Assembly (NCBI GenBank): GCA_964016885.1
Contig: OZ024748.1
Coordinates: 57,164,001-57,228,000, forward strand
Source of the DNA: Eledone cirrhosa
Lineage: Eukaryota
Direction of reading: 5' to 3'
DNA length: 64,000 bases
Shown: positions 41,997 to 55,888 of the stretch, one piece after another
Layout of the letters: every line of letters starts with the position of its first letter
How positions within the stretch are numbered: the first letter of the stretch is position 1
Notes under the pieces: model-generated
Databases searched by the model: none
What the model was told of the DNA's origin: nothing
What the model saw: the letters and a program-made list of their open reading frames with translations, nothing else
Translations under genes and position numbers: made by a program

Positions 41997-42810
41997 TAAA
42001 AATTAGCGAGAATCGAATTTCAGCCCATGAAATAACGAGAAAACACTTTCGAGTTGTGAGGCAAGCGCTCAATAATTCAAATGAATTAGAGCTTACAACT
42101 TACGTTAAAGGCCAAACACACTGAGATGGTGGTTAAACTAATCATCCACACAGCGAAGATTCGATCTCCTATTTCGGGTCAAACAGATATACAGATATAA
42201 AAATGTATGAAAATATAAATGTATATAAATATATATATATATCTTTCTTCTTCTTTCTCTATCTATCTATCAGTTTGTGTGTCGTGTGTTTAGCTGTGGG
42301 TTGGGTGTATTACACTTGCAATCTTGATATCCCCTTTTAACAGAGTAACAAACATTTTACACCAGAGATACACAAGCTTTAGTATGATAGAAGACAGAAA
42401 GATAGCTTACATTTTTCTTCAATTATTTGCTCTCTTCTTTTTACTACTTCCCTACATCTTTTGTTAATCATTGCATATTTTGGTGCCTTAACTACCTTTT
42501 TATGTTATTTCCTATTGGCCAGTCCTCATTCCATTACTGCTTTTGTTGTTGTTTCATGATGTTTCTACGTCAGATCTCGTCTTTCATCACATCTGATTAA
42601 AAACAACTTTCCTGGCATTCTTCTTTTTTACCAAGAATCCGTTCGTCTGCTGTTGATAGTTTTTTCTGGAGCTTCTTTCTATAAATTATTGAACATATGC
42701 ATCTAATAATAAAAATATTGCAAATATTTCTGTAATCTCTGCTTTAAATTATACTGTTATTTTTGAGTCTTTAAAACTTTCAAGGCGTTATTTTCTTCTC
42801 GACAGCTTTG
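40930..42810 (-). pseudogene. Decayed RTE-clade LINE, RT and linker fragments
   Basis: Minus-strand translation near 41230-41300 gives GTIKIGNREVSNIRFSDDIYLLG, resembling the RTE NLRYADD motif; many stops; interrupted at about 41900-42330. Confidence 0.65.
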
Positions 42811-42844
42811 AACGGTTTTTTTTTTGTGCGTGTGTCAGGATCGA

Positions 42845-43242
42845 AAAGGTCGGTAAGTTGGCTCAACTGTTAGTGAGTAAGACAAATGTTTTGCTGTTTT
42901 ATTTCTGGCTTTTTTATTTTCTAAGTTCAAATCCTGCCGAAGTTAACTTTGTCATTTATCCTACCATATCGATAAAATAAAATATCAGTAACGCACTGGG
43001 ATCGATATAATCGACTTTCCCCTCCTCCAAAATTCTTCGCCTTATGCCTATATCAGAAATCCTTATTAAAGGGCTGTGAATTAGCAGTAGCGGCAGAGTG
43101 TTGGGCAACATGCGTTGCACCATATACGACCCTAGACGATCTGAGTTCAAATCCCGCTGTGATTAACACACCGGGGTCCATTTAATCGACTTTATCTGTC
43201 CCCTTCAAATTGTTGGCCTTGTGGCAAAAGTAGAAACGATTA
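42845..43242 (+). mobile_element. Two older S1-related SINE copies in tandem
   Basis: agttcaaatcc B-boxes at about 42925 and 43143; tail ggccttgtggcaaaagtagaaac. Confidence 0.75.
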
Positions 43243-43329
43243 TTAAATTTCAGTATTTCTGCCATTTTCTTTACACTCTAAAAAAAACATCAAGTTTTAG
43301 TCATATATATGTATATGTACATATATGTT

Positions 43330-43381
<52 letters not shown>

Positions 43382-43744
43382 TATATATACTTGTGTGTGT
43401 ATATACATGTATGTGTGTGTGTATATATATATTCATACATATATATATATATATATGTATGGCCAATCAAAATTGATGGACGTTACGGAGCAGGTAGACC
43501 CAGAAAAATATAGGAAGATTTGATAAATTCCGACCTTACACACTTACACCTATCTAAGACAATGTCACTGGGCCTAGATCTTTGGCTCTACGCAGTAATG
43601 CAGAAGACCCGCCTTGCATATGTACAAGGCGAAACCTACAGTCAGTAGGCACCTCTTAACCAAATATACACCCCCATCCCATTACCCCTACTACACTCCC
43701 CCCCCATCAACACCACCCCCTTCTCTGTAATGTTATGTTGGTAC

Positions 43745-43980
43745 CACAACATCCAGCCCTAAATAAATGAGGGCGTGTAGGTGTCACGACAAAAAAAACA
43801 CACAGTCCACGCTGCAATGTGGTTGGTGTTCGGAAGGACATCCTGCCATACAAAACCTGCCAGACAGTCCTATACGAGCGAGACGACCAATCTTACCTCA
43901 AGTGGGACAATTCCCGTGTAAACCCATGCTAGCGTGGAAGATAGACGTTAAACGATGATGATGATGATGATGATGATGAT
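43745..43980 (+). mobile_element. SINE 3' portion ending in (GAT)n
   Basis: ggttggtgttcggaaggacatcc...ccatgctagcgtggaagatagacgttaaacgatgatgatg. Confidence 0.65.
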
Positions 43981-44099
43981 ATGTATATATATTTATGTAT
44001 GTATAAGAGATGTCAACATGAATGGACCTATTATTTTTATCTAAAGACATTTTTTCCAATTCCATCCCGCCCGCCCCCTTAATCTATTATATTTCTCAT

Positions 44100-44140
44100 T
44101 CTTTCTTCTGATGATGGACTATCGTCCGAAACATTAAGAT
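44100..44140 (+). ncRNA. Hammerhead-like core with weak stems I and III
   Basis: tctt-CTGATGA-tggac tatc gtcc-GAAA-catt-a-aga. Confidence 0.45.
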
Positions 44141-44228
44141 CCTCTTCCTGCTATATCAAGCGTTAACCTAATATATACCTTCCATATACTGTACCGATTG
44201 TGTTGTTATTTCTGTTTACCTTTTACAT

Positions 44229-44282
<54 letters not shown>

Positions 44283-44283
<1 letters not shown>

Positions 44284-44415
44284 TTTATTAAAATAACAGA
44301 TTAAAGTTTAAGCAAAGAATCGCTGCTTTCACCCTTAACGGGATCTGCAAAAGATCCCGTTAAGGGTGAAAGCAGCGATTCTTTGCTTAAACTTTAATCT
44401 GTTATTTTAATAAAT
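44283..44415. repeat. Perfect 64-bp fold-back, 5-nt loop, carrying a GAAA-gcagcga hammerhead-like 3' half on each strand
   Basis: Arms 44283-44346 / 44352-44415 are exact reverse complements; abuts (TA)n. Confidence 0.92.
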
Positions 44416-44500
44416 ATTTGCTCTACGGTTCTTATATATTTGATATATATTTATCCTTATCGAGCCCTCTTTAGATTTTAGTCTTCAAATTTATTATTAT

Positions 44501-44544
<44 letters not shown>

Positions 44545-44588
44545 AAGTTAAATAAAAGTCAAATGATTAAAATTTAGCTTCGTTTATT

Positions 44589-44643
44589 ACTGCTATATAT
44601 ATTTCAGTGACAGCCATCTTTGGCTGTGACCTCTTCAGGCAGT
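44589..44643 (-). ncRNA. Minimal type I hammerhead ribozyme (intact)
   Basis: Reverse complement of 44955-45009. Confidence 0.88.
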
Positions 44644-44954
44644 TTGAATTAGTATGGTATAGACAAGTACATATGTTGTTTAGGTGTATGATATTGTCAA
44701 TACTCTGATATGCCCAGTTCCTTGTTGGGTTGTTAATTCACTGTGGAACTGGAGTCATATGAATTCAAACAAACGAATTTTAGTGTCACAGGTCCCCTTC
44801 TCCTCTCATTGACACTAAAATTCGTTTGTTTGAATTCATATGACTCCAGTTCACCAGTGAATTAACAACCCAACAAGGAACTGGGCATATCAGAGTATTG
44901 ACAATATCATACACCTAAACAACATATGTACTTGTCTATACCATACTAATTCAA

Positions 44955-45009
44955 ACTGCCTGAAGAGGTCACAGCCAAAGATGGCTGTCACTGAAATATA
45001 TATAGCAGT
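44955..45009 (+). ncRNA. Minimal type I hammerhead ribozyme (intact)
   Basis: actgc-CTGAAGA-ggtc acagcca aaga tggctgt cact-GAAA-tatatat-A-gcagt; predicted cleavage after 45004. Confidence 0.88.
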
Positions 45010-45157
45010 AATAAACGAAGCTAAATTTTAATCATTTGACTTTTATTTAACTTTATTTTACACTACTCCGGAGTAACCAAACCAACCTGCGCACTTCGTC
45101 GAGTGCTCCAGCCTGCATACTGAGGTGTTGGTATACAACCAACATAAACTCAAAATC

Positions 45158-45188
<31 letters not shown>

Positions 45189-45217
45189 ATAATAATAAAT
45201 GTGAAGACTAAAATCCG

Positions 45218-45252
<35 letters not shown>

Positions 45253-45293
45253 ATGTGAAGACTAAAGTCCGAATATGTATTTATATATATATA

Positions 45294-45331
<38 letters not shown>

Positions 45332-45354
45332 GTATATTTGATTGATATCTTTTG

Positions 45355-45950
45355 GGGATAAGAGTAAAATCTATCTAGATGTTATATATCACCTCCGGAT
45401 TAACAACATGTTATTGTTTCTGATGGTTTATGCTTATGTATAGTGTTTGGTATCATTAGCATGTCTTATTTCGCAAATTCTAACAATCTTACTACAGCCA
45501 TTCTTATGTTTTATTGTTATTTTCGTGCTATATTTACCAACTGTTACTTCCCAGGTATCACGAGCTTCTCATTCAATCTTTCTTTTCCAGTCACTTTTGG
45601 GTTTTTTTTCAGAATCATAATAGAATTTCTCCACTTTATCGTTGTAATCGCTAGATGGAGCATACATATAAATGATTAAGGTGTTGTATAACCTACCTGC
45701 AAGTCATATTCTGCATATTTTGATGGGAAAAAATGTGCAATACATAACTGACTTTAAGGTATTTTTATGCACCATGAAACATACACCATTTTTCCTATGT
45801 TCTCTCCTCCCATCTAAACCATATTTTATGCACGTTCTCTCGTATAAATCCTCCATATTGTGTCCGATTTGCTTCAGCAATCTCCTCCATATTCGGAAAA
45901 TATGCTTCCATTTCATAAGTTAGTCGTACATTTCCAGATTAAAAAGCATT
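45355..45950 (-). pseudogene. Decayed RTE-clade LINE apurinic-like endonuclease domain
   Basis: Minus-strand fragments EHRKNGVCFMV, IYMYAPSSDYNDKVEKFY, RLLEFA, PNTIHKHK, IDFTL occur in APE motif order. Confidence 0.7.
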
Positions 45951-46538
45951 TCAAGATTCTACCTTTGAAATTTGAATGAAAATTACGTTTTTGAATTTTG
46001 TTTTCATTCTTCAACTTATTTATCCACACCGTCCCGAGAAAATAAATAGTAGATGGAGGTCAATTTTATCCAAGGCTCTGGCCAATCTAAAATGATCTTT
46101 GAAATTCAGTACGTTATCATTTTCTGTGAAAGTGGACGGCTTGAGTAACGACGTGACTTCTGTTAAGTGGCATTAATGGACAGTATAAAGAAATAAATTA
46201 AGAGGCAAGAGAATGAAGGAGGTGGAGTGAAAGAAGGGATAAGAAGAAAACTGAGAAAGCTATGGACAAAAAAAAACAAAGAGAGACAGAGAGAGAGATA
46301 GAGAGAGAGATACACAGAGAGAGGGTGAGAAAACTTTGAATAGTTGCTAGATAGAGTAAGAATGATAAAAAGATTAAATGAAATGAAAATTCTGCTAGTG
46401 ATGGAGAAAGACAAAGAAAGAAAGGATGAAACAGCGAAAAAGAAAGGAACAAGGTGACAAAGGAAAATAGAGAGAGAGAGAGAGGGAGAGTTAGAGAGAG
46501 ATAGAGAAAGAGAGAGAAAGAAAGAGAGAGAGAGAGGG

Positions 46539-46594
<56 letters not shown>

Positions 46595-47142
46595 GAACAG
46601 TGAGAGAGAGAGAGAGAGAGACGAACAGTGAGAGAGAGAGAGAGAGAAATAAACAGATAATTTTTGGCAACCAATGCAGTTTGCTAAGATACTCAGCAAA
46701 TGTCTTTACAAAAATCAAACTAATGAAAAATATATGATGAGTACTGAATAATATACAAATGTATATGTATGTGTATATATATATGTGTGTGTGTATGTGT
46801 GTGTGTGTGTACGTGTGTGTACGTGTGTTTTAGTCGATAGGGATAAGATGTTACTAATTGAGACTAGAAAGATCGTAATTGAACTTAGTACTTCATACAT
46901 TAGGGAATGTAGTGTCTGAATATATACATACATATATATATATATGTATATATATATGTGTGTGTGTGTGTGTCTGTGTCTGTGTGTGTGTGATGTATCT
47001 ATATGTGTGTAAGGAAATATGAATGTGGGCATGGACAGACTTAAAAGATAGATACAAGATTATAGAACAAAACTATACTAAGGCATATATACATAAAATC
47101 CTTTTATACATATATACATTTGTTTATATGTATATATATACA

Positions 47143-47226
<84 letters not shown>

Positions 47227-47363
47227 CATATATATATATGTAACTATCCATTTATAAATATATATATATAAATAATACAGATATATATATCTAAAAATAT
47301 ATGTATGTATATAAATATATATATATATATATACATACACACACACACACACACACACACACT

Positions 47364-47419
<56 letters not shown>

Positions 47420-47828
47420 AGTGTATGTGTGTGTAGGTATGGCGATTCCATTATTTTTTTGTTAGTTCTTTTCTTCCATTTCTTCCAATTATGTAAATGG
47501 ATAAGCGTTCCGCTTCAGAGTTTTCTATTTCATTCGTTTCTCTATAGTTCTTCATTTTTCTTTCTTTCCTTCATTCTTTCTCTCCTTCCCTCTTTCATTC
47601 TTTCCTTCATTCTTTCTTTGATTTATGAATTTTTTTTGTCTTATTTTGTAATTTTTCTTTGTTTATTTCTTTCAATATATCTTCTAATATACAGTTTCTA
47701 GTTTCATACGTCTTACTATCATCATTATCATAATTAACATCAGTGTCATCATCATCATCATCATCATATTACTCATCATCACCATCAACGTCGTTATCCA
47801 AAACGTGACCATCAATGATGCATACATA

Positions 47829-47914
<86 letters not shown>

Positions 47915-47946
47915 TAAATATATACATAGATAAATACTTACATGCA

Positions 47947-47991
<45 letters not shown>

Positions 47992-48087
47992 TGTGTATAT
48001 ATATATATATAATATATACATATATATATACATAGATAAATACATACATGCACATCATATATATATCTATATATATATATATAAACT

Positions 48088-48133
<46 letters not shown>

Positions 48134-48444
48134 TGTGTGTGTGTGTGTGTATGTATATGTAAGCATATTTGTGTGTGTGTTCCATTCCTGTACTTTTCTC
48201 TTCATTATTATACATATATATATATGTATATATATATATGTGTGTGTGTGTATGTGTGTGAGTATGTGTGTGTATGCGTGTGTGTATGCATGTTTGTATG
48301 CGTGTGTGTATGTGTATAAGTCTATGTATATATATATATATATATATATCCTTCATTATGATTATTATCTTTATTATCCTCATCATCATTTTCATTTTCC
48401 TTATCAAAATCGCCATTATCATCATGTCCATAGTTATATGCATC

Positions 48445-48508
<64 letters not shown>

Positions 48509-48515
48509 AGAGACA

Positions 48516-48571
<56 letters not shown>

Positions 48572-48771
48572 TATATATATATACATACATTTATATATAG
48601 AGAGAGAGACATGTATATATATATATGTATATATATATATATAGAGAGAGAGAGAAAGGGGGAGAGAGACATGTATGTGTATATATATATATATATATAT
48701 ATACATACATACATACATTTGTATATATATAGAGCGACATGTATATATATATATATATATATGTATATGTA

Positions 48772-48843
<72 letters not shown>

Positions 48844-48865
48844 TTATATATAGAGACAGAGAGAC

Positions 48866-48961
<96 letters not shown>

Positions 48962-48977
48962 GTATATACATACATAC

Positions 48978-49020
<43 letters not shown>

Positions 49021-50093
49021 CACATACATACATACATGCATATATATATAATTATAGATGTACTAATCCATCTACGCATCTGTTCAGTAGTTTCAGCTTT
49101 ATTAAACGAAAGTTAGAAACCATTGATATCCAATTTAGATCTGCTGTAATAACTGAGGTTTGAAGTGAATACGAAATTGATAATTCTCATACTACGGATG
49201 CAAAAAGGGGACTGAATTGATTTTAATGAACTTTGCCAATGTGCGTTTATGTTACATGCACAATTAAATAGAAGTACGTAGTTAGGTATAGAGGTATGTA
49301 TACATATATGTAGAGTATCTACGCATGTACTTGTATATCTATGTATGTATGTGTTCATTTATGTATGCATGTACGTGTATATCTATGTATGTGTTTATGT
49401 ATGTATGTATGTATGTAGAGTATGTACGCATGTACGTGTATAAAATATGTATGTGTTCATGTCTGTATGTGTTCATGTCTGTATGTATGTATGTATGTTT
49501 GTATGTATATGTAATTATGAATGCATGTATGAATGTATATATGTATGTATGCATGTTTTTATATATGGAAATGTAACCCTCTCTTTATATATACATATAT
49601 ATACATAAATATGTATTCATTGATATCTGTGGTATGTGATATATACATGCGACACACGTGATACAGGCATGTTTACATGTACATGTGTATAAATATATGT
49701 GTGTATAAATATATATATATGTGTGTGTATGTGTGTGTGCGTGTTTTTGTGTGTGTGTGTGTGTGTATGTGTGTGTGTGTGTGTGTGTGTCTGTGTGTGT
49801 GTGCGTGCGTGCGCGTGTGTGTGTGTGTGCTTATATATTTGTATGTATGTTTGGGTGTTTGTGTTTATGTCTGTTTATATTGAGAAATAAGGAGAGAAGG
49901 TATGTATACGTTTCAAAGCTACATATTAAGCATATAAATATCTCCATAGTATATGTGAATATCCAATCTGTTGTAAGTAAATACAGATATAAGATGACGT
50001 TTCACCTAAAGTTATTTGTAATCATGTAAGCATTGAATTTATCAGATGTTACATGCTTCATTATATTAAGTATACATATCAGTGTATATATAA

Positions 50094-50208
<115 letters not shown>

Positions 50209-50468
50209 GGGGGAGGGGTCTATTTATATATATAATATATATATAATATGATATATATGTAAACATGTACATATTATATATATATATATGTACATATTAT
50301 ACAGTATATATATAAAATTATATAATATTATATATATACATATATATATATGACTATATATATGTATATTATAGATATATATTATATATATTATATATAT
50401 ATTTATATAATATATAATATATATATAATATGTTATATATACTATATATATATATTATATATTAACTG

Positions 50469-50519
<51 letters not shown>

Positions 50520-50523
<4 letters not shown>

Positions 50524-50727
50524 TAAATGGAAACTATATTAATAAAACCATATTTATTCTATTATATATATGTCAAGGGTACCAAAACTTTGGTTCACTC
50601 TCATCAGATAAAATACAAAGTTTGTTCTATAAATATTGACATATCCAGGAACGAGACCTTTACGGTTCAAGTTTTACCTGGTTAGTAAATATATTTGTTG
50701 AATTACAACAAATTAAATATCCCTTTG

Positions 50728-50730
<3 letters not shown>
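50520..50730 (-). mobile_element. Near full-length family A unit (about 210 bp) with hammerhead 50555-50615 (GAAA mutated to GACA)
   Basis: Minus strand: tattttat-CTGATGA-gagtgaaccaaagttttggtaccctt-GACA-tatatat-A-atagaata; (TA)n on both sides. Confidence 0.82.
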
Positions 50731-50794
<64 letters not shown>

Positions 50795-50843
50795 TTATTA
50801 TATATATATATTATATACTATTATATATATATTATATTATATG

Positions 50844-50929
<86 letters not shown>

Positions 50930-51314
50930 TATATTGTTATATTTGGGGAGGGGCATATTGTTATAATATTGAATATTACCAAAAATAAGAATAGAACACA
51001 CTGTTTGATTTGGATTGTTTTTTGCTTCTGTATCTTTTATATCTCCATAGTTAATTCATCTGGGAATCAATGTTTATCATTGATTGACCAACGGTTATAA
51101 ATACAGATATAAATATATATGAATATATAGTCCATAAAGTTATTTTGTCACACATTTGTGACATCATCAGTAGTACTCTTATGTTTCCTCCCGTGATATT
51201 GTGATGCCCCCGTCATTTTCATTTAAATTAAGTTATATAATCAAAGTTATATATATATATAATATTAAATATTAATTCAAAATATTAATAAAATAGATAT
51301 TCTTGTGACAAGTA

Positions 51315-51381
51315 TATTTTATTATACATATTTCAGAGGTACTGAGTTAACTTTAACAGTACGTCCTCATCAGATAAAATA
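51315..51381 (-). ncRNA. Minimal type I hammerhead ribozyme in an inverted family B pLTR (about 51260-51445)
   Basis: Minus strand: tattttat-CTGATGA-ggac gtactg ttaaagttaact cagtac ctct-GAAA-tatgtat-A-ataaaata. Confidence 0.82.
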
Positions 51382-51689
51382 AGATGATGCATGACATACC
51401 CTGACATAGTAGATTGTTAAGATTCAGTCATGGTAGTGAGTAATATATGACAAAACTCAATATATATATATATCTTAATATTGAGAACATGAGAAAAATA
51501 TATAATACATACAATAGAGAGGGTGCGTGTTAGACAGCTTAAAAAATATATTTGGCATCAAATTTAAATTACTGAAGAAAGAGGAAAGAAAGGAAAGCAT
51601 AGAGGAAGAGACAGATGAGGTGATACTATAGTTAGTATGGGCCTCGAAAAAGAAAAGAGAGTTGATTACAGAGAGAGAGACAAAGAGGA

Positions 51690-53742
51690 ATAACTTATGT
51701 TCAAGTTTTTAGACAATTATCCATATATACAATATATATCTAAACTTATTTGTTTGACCGTTAATATTCAAAATATTTAATTTAAGTTAGTTCAGAGTAA
51801 TGAATAATATTTAAGGTTTTAAAAGTTAATATGTATCTGTATTAATATTAAAGTATACTATCAAATTTAATTTCTAAAATCAAATTTTATGAAATCAAAT
51901 TTAAAGGATTTACAAACACGAGAAAGAAAACATAATGTTTTTATAACCTCACGAAGGTAATCTTTACCAAAATTATTTATAATATTGACAACAGTTTATA
52001 TAATATAATTTAGAAAATAATCACAGTTATAATTTTTAAAGAATTTATGATTAACAATTTGAGTGCCTAAAGGATCAACAGGCCTTATAATTAAACTTAA
52101 AGAGGTCTGAATTTTAAATTACATATATATGTTTATAAAAAATAAAAGAATACACTAAGATTATATTTCTAAAGACTTAAGATGATACCTTTCAAATATA
52201 CATAACATAATACAATATAGTAAATAAGTTACTGAAAATATTGTTAAAAATTAATGTTTTAGATCAATTATTGTAAAAGGATCATTTAATAGATATATAC
52301 TATAAATATATAAGTCAAACCTTCATGAGTCCTAAGGATAAGGACTAGACAAAATAAAAAGTGAAAAATAATTAATTGTTTGCGAAACATAAAAATGCCC
52401 AATAATAAAAAAAATATAAAAATAATAATAATATGATAAAAATAATAATAATATGACTGGCATGTATAAACCAAATTCTAAAAATTATAATTCAAACACC
52501 TATACTGTGAATAAATCGGGGAAAAGAACCAGAACTAAATCAGTTATATGCCCCCCCCCCCCCGTTCCATATTTAATAGACATACAATTAAGCTTTCTTA
52601 TTCTACAACTATGAATATAGCCCATAACATCGCTAAACTAAATAGTAGAATTCTAAACTAAAATCAGCATAATGGTATTAATAATAGTGTTAATATAAAT
52701 AATAATAAATCGAAATGTAATTGTAGAAATAAACCAGATTGCCCTCTGCAATATAATTGTCTGGATAAAAATTTGGTGTATAAATGCACGGTAAAAACAA
52801 ATAACATCACATACAACTATATAGGGGCAACTTCTTCGACATTTAAATCGAGATTTGCGAATCACAAATGCTCGTTTTCGAATCTTAATAGGAAGTCTTC
52901 GACTTCTTTATCACAGCTTATATGGTCATTAAAAGACAAAAATTTTAAATACTCGATTTTTTGGACGAAGCTTTGTAATAGTAGAATCTACTTGAACTCG
53001 TCTATATCAACTAACTGCAACCTCTGTACAAAGGAGACCCTATTAATAATTACTAATTATGAAAACTTAATTAACAAAAAAAGTGAATTATTCTCAAACT
53101 GCCTTCATAAAGCTTTATCTACATTCCAAGCCTCGCAAAAAGTCAGGAAAAAACACTAAACAAACAGGTTTTAATTTTTGACGTCTCTTATCAACTGTTG
53201 GACCTAAAACGTTATAACAGTTTATAAAACTTTAATAATACTTTATTTTCTAATCATTTATGATAGAATTAATGTTAGAATGAAGGATCCTGTTTAGGTA
53301 TATAAACATATTATTTGTTAACTTGTTCTCTTGATAAATATGCACACCTTTGGATTATTTTAGATATTTATAATTTAGATTCAGATCTTTATATATTAGT
53401 ATCTATTTTAAATATATAATTTGGATATTTAACTTGGAAGTTTACCGGTTATAATTGAACCGTAGATCATTCATGCATTTATATATTTTACTAATTTTGG
53501 GTATGTTTTGGGACTCAGAAAGTTAGATTTGCACATATATATTTTTTACATATATCTAGGTATAAATATAACAAACCATACTAGTCGACAGATATTGGTA
53601 TCTCTTTCCACTGAACTGGAGGTAAAAATACAATTATAGCATTACTAATATTAATAACTCTGGAAACCCATTCTTGTTGAGTGCTTCCAATCTATTGTAA
53701 AACTCATTCTTTGATTTATTCATTGAACCTTGTTTAATTTTT
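51690..53742 (+). mobile_element. Decayed Penelope-like retroelement (probably Neptune-type)
   Basis: AT-rich disrupted ORF remnants, TIKLSYSTTMNI linker motif, GIY-YIG domain, 3' end shared with family B. Confidence 0.7.
52713..53159 (+). pseudogene. Penelope-like Cys-rich linker plus GIY-YIG endonuclease
   Basis: In frame: KCNCRNKPDCPLQYNCLDKNLVYKC..YIGATSSTFKSRFANH..CNLCTKE..LINKKSELFSNCLH. Confidence 0.88.
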
Positions 53743-53770
53743 AAATATATATATAATATATATATATATA

Positions 53771-53816
<46 letters not shown>

Positions 53817-53819
53817 AGA

Positions 53820-54009
53820 AGAATTATTTCTACTTTTGGCACAAGGCCGACAGTTATCCCAGTGCTTATCCCAGTGCATTACTGGTACTTTATTTTATCG
53901 ACCTCGTAAGGATGAAAGGCAAAGTTAACCTCGGCGGGATTTAAACTCAGACCATAAAGGGCCGTAACTCTTTGCTGCAGAGCATGGCGTCCGACCCTCT
54001 ACCGATACT
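53820..54009 (-). mobile_element. tRNA-derived SINE S1
   Basis: Reverse complement of the S1 consensus. Confidence 0.9.
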
Positions 54010-54109
54010 AAGAATAATAAGAAGTTGACGGACCCGGCGTATTTAACAATGCCAGGAGCGGTTGTATTTCAGCGTATTCCAGAGTATACACAAAGTTATT
54101 AGCTTCAAC

Positions 54110-54141
<32 letters not shown>

Positions 54142-54144
<3 letters not shown>

Positions 54145-54333
54145 CGAAGGAATTGTAGTAAGGAACCAGATGGACCATAACGCACCAAAGTACTCAATAC
54201 TTAGGGTAGTAGAGTGGGTAATAGGAACATGTATGACCCCGACGGCAGAGCTCAAGCCGTTTCGACGGCATTTCAGTCCAGAAATAGCCGTCGAAACGGT
54301 TTGAGCTCTGCCGTCGGGGTCATACTTGTTCCT

Positions 54334-54335
<2 letters not shown>
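54142..54335 (-). mobile_element. Fold-back Penelope-type end fragment, family D (arms 54221-54274 / 54281-54335)
   Basis: Homologous to 15546-15727; (TA)n on both sides. Confidence 0.75.
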
Positions 54336-54394
<59 letters not shown>

Positions 54395-55204
54395 GATACA
54401 TATAAACGAGTGGTGTTTGAAAGCTGAAGAAAACCTTCAATACCACAAAACCTATTTCGTATTTTGAAATATTTGCTTTGGTACAAGCCTTCACTCTTAC
54501 ATGTTTCACGTAACGAATACCAAACAATAAAGTCGTTATTACTTTATATATATATTACCTGATCTTATGTAACGAAAGCTCACAGTGACATTCTACAATT
54601 CTGCGAAAATAGATGACAAAATGATAGAGAGAAGTACAGAAATATTCTATTAGAGAGATCTTGTCATACTCAAGTTGGCATGAAAAAAACAAGTGAACAT
54701 GAAAGCTATACTGAAGATGATGATGATCATGGTGGTGATGATGGTGGCGTCCACGAGGACGGCGATGACGATGGTGATACCGATGATGATGATGAAGAGG
54801 AGGTGGAACAATATCATCAGAACTGACGAAGGTCCAATACAAATACAATAGATTATATATCTGTATATATAGACTCAAGAATGAACTTCGATGTGACTCT
54901 CTTCTTAAAACCCCTTCTGGGTTCTATACTGAATACTCTATAGATTTGTATGCCCTTGAGAAGCCCTTTTCGGGCGAAACGTACGTAGGTTCTTTTGTAT
55001 AAACATGTTCTAACAGTATATATTTTCCTTTGTAATCCTTTCATTTGTAAGCGCTCTGCTTATATTCTCGCCCACTAAATATTAACGCTTCCGATATTTA
55101 ACCCTGCAGGCACAAGTATTGAGCACACATGCACCAGCTTTTGGCAAATAACTATATGTATCGCTTATCACTTTAAACCTCTACTCTCTCACACGATACT
55201 AAAC

Positions 55205-55345
<141 letters not shown>

Positions 55346-55594
55346 TAACACTGCAATGGTGTAGTTTGATATTATATATCAATATACAGACTGGTGAGAA
55401 TACATGTGTGTCACTATTTATTTCCCAAACTAAACTTTCTGGCGGAGGATGATGCATGCTCAGATAGCACGTGTGGTGTGCGTTCACCGACACGTGCACG
55501 ATGCTTTATATGAACAATGTCCTCTGCCAGATGAATGAGGTATCAAAGTGCATCAATACTGAGAACGTACATACATACATACATACATACATAC

Positions 55595-55625
<31 letters not shown>

Positions 55626-55701
55626 CATACATACATACATACATACATACTCGTCATCGAGTATGGCCATTGCACGAATGAAAAATAAAAAAAAAACATA
55701 A

Positions 55702-55888
55702 TAATTGTTTCTACTTTTGGCACAAGGCCAGCAATTACCCAGTACATTACTGGTACTTTATTTTATCGACCCTGTAAGGATGAAAGGCAAAGTTAACCTC
55801 GGCGGGATTTGAACTCAGAATGGCAAGGGCAGTAACTCTATGCGTCAAAGCATGTGTCCGACCCTCTACCGATACTGCCAATAACCCA
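55702..55888 (-). mobile_element. tRNA-derived SINE S1
   Basis: Reverse complement of the S1 consensus. Confidence 0.9.

Larger units (their letters stand above)
44538..45158. mobile_element. Young fold-back element, family C: 251-bp arms (44538-44788 / 44810-45060) plus a unique tail of about 100 bp, in (TA)n
   Basis: Near-perfect reverse-complement arms, 21-nt loop; each arm has a hammerhead. Confidence 0.92.

Noticed and set aside
54555-54878. His-rich ORF
   Set aside because: Explained by (GAT/GGT) low complexity
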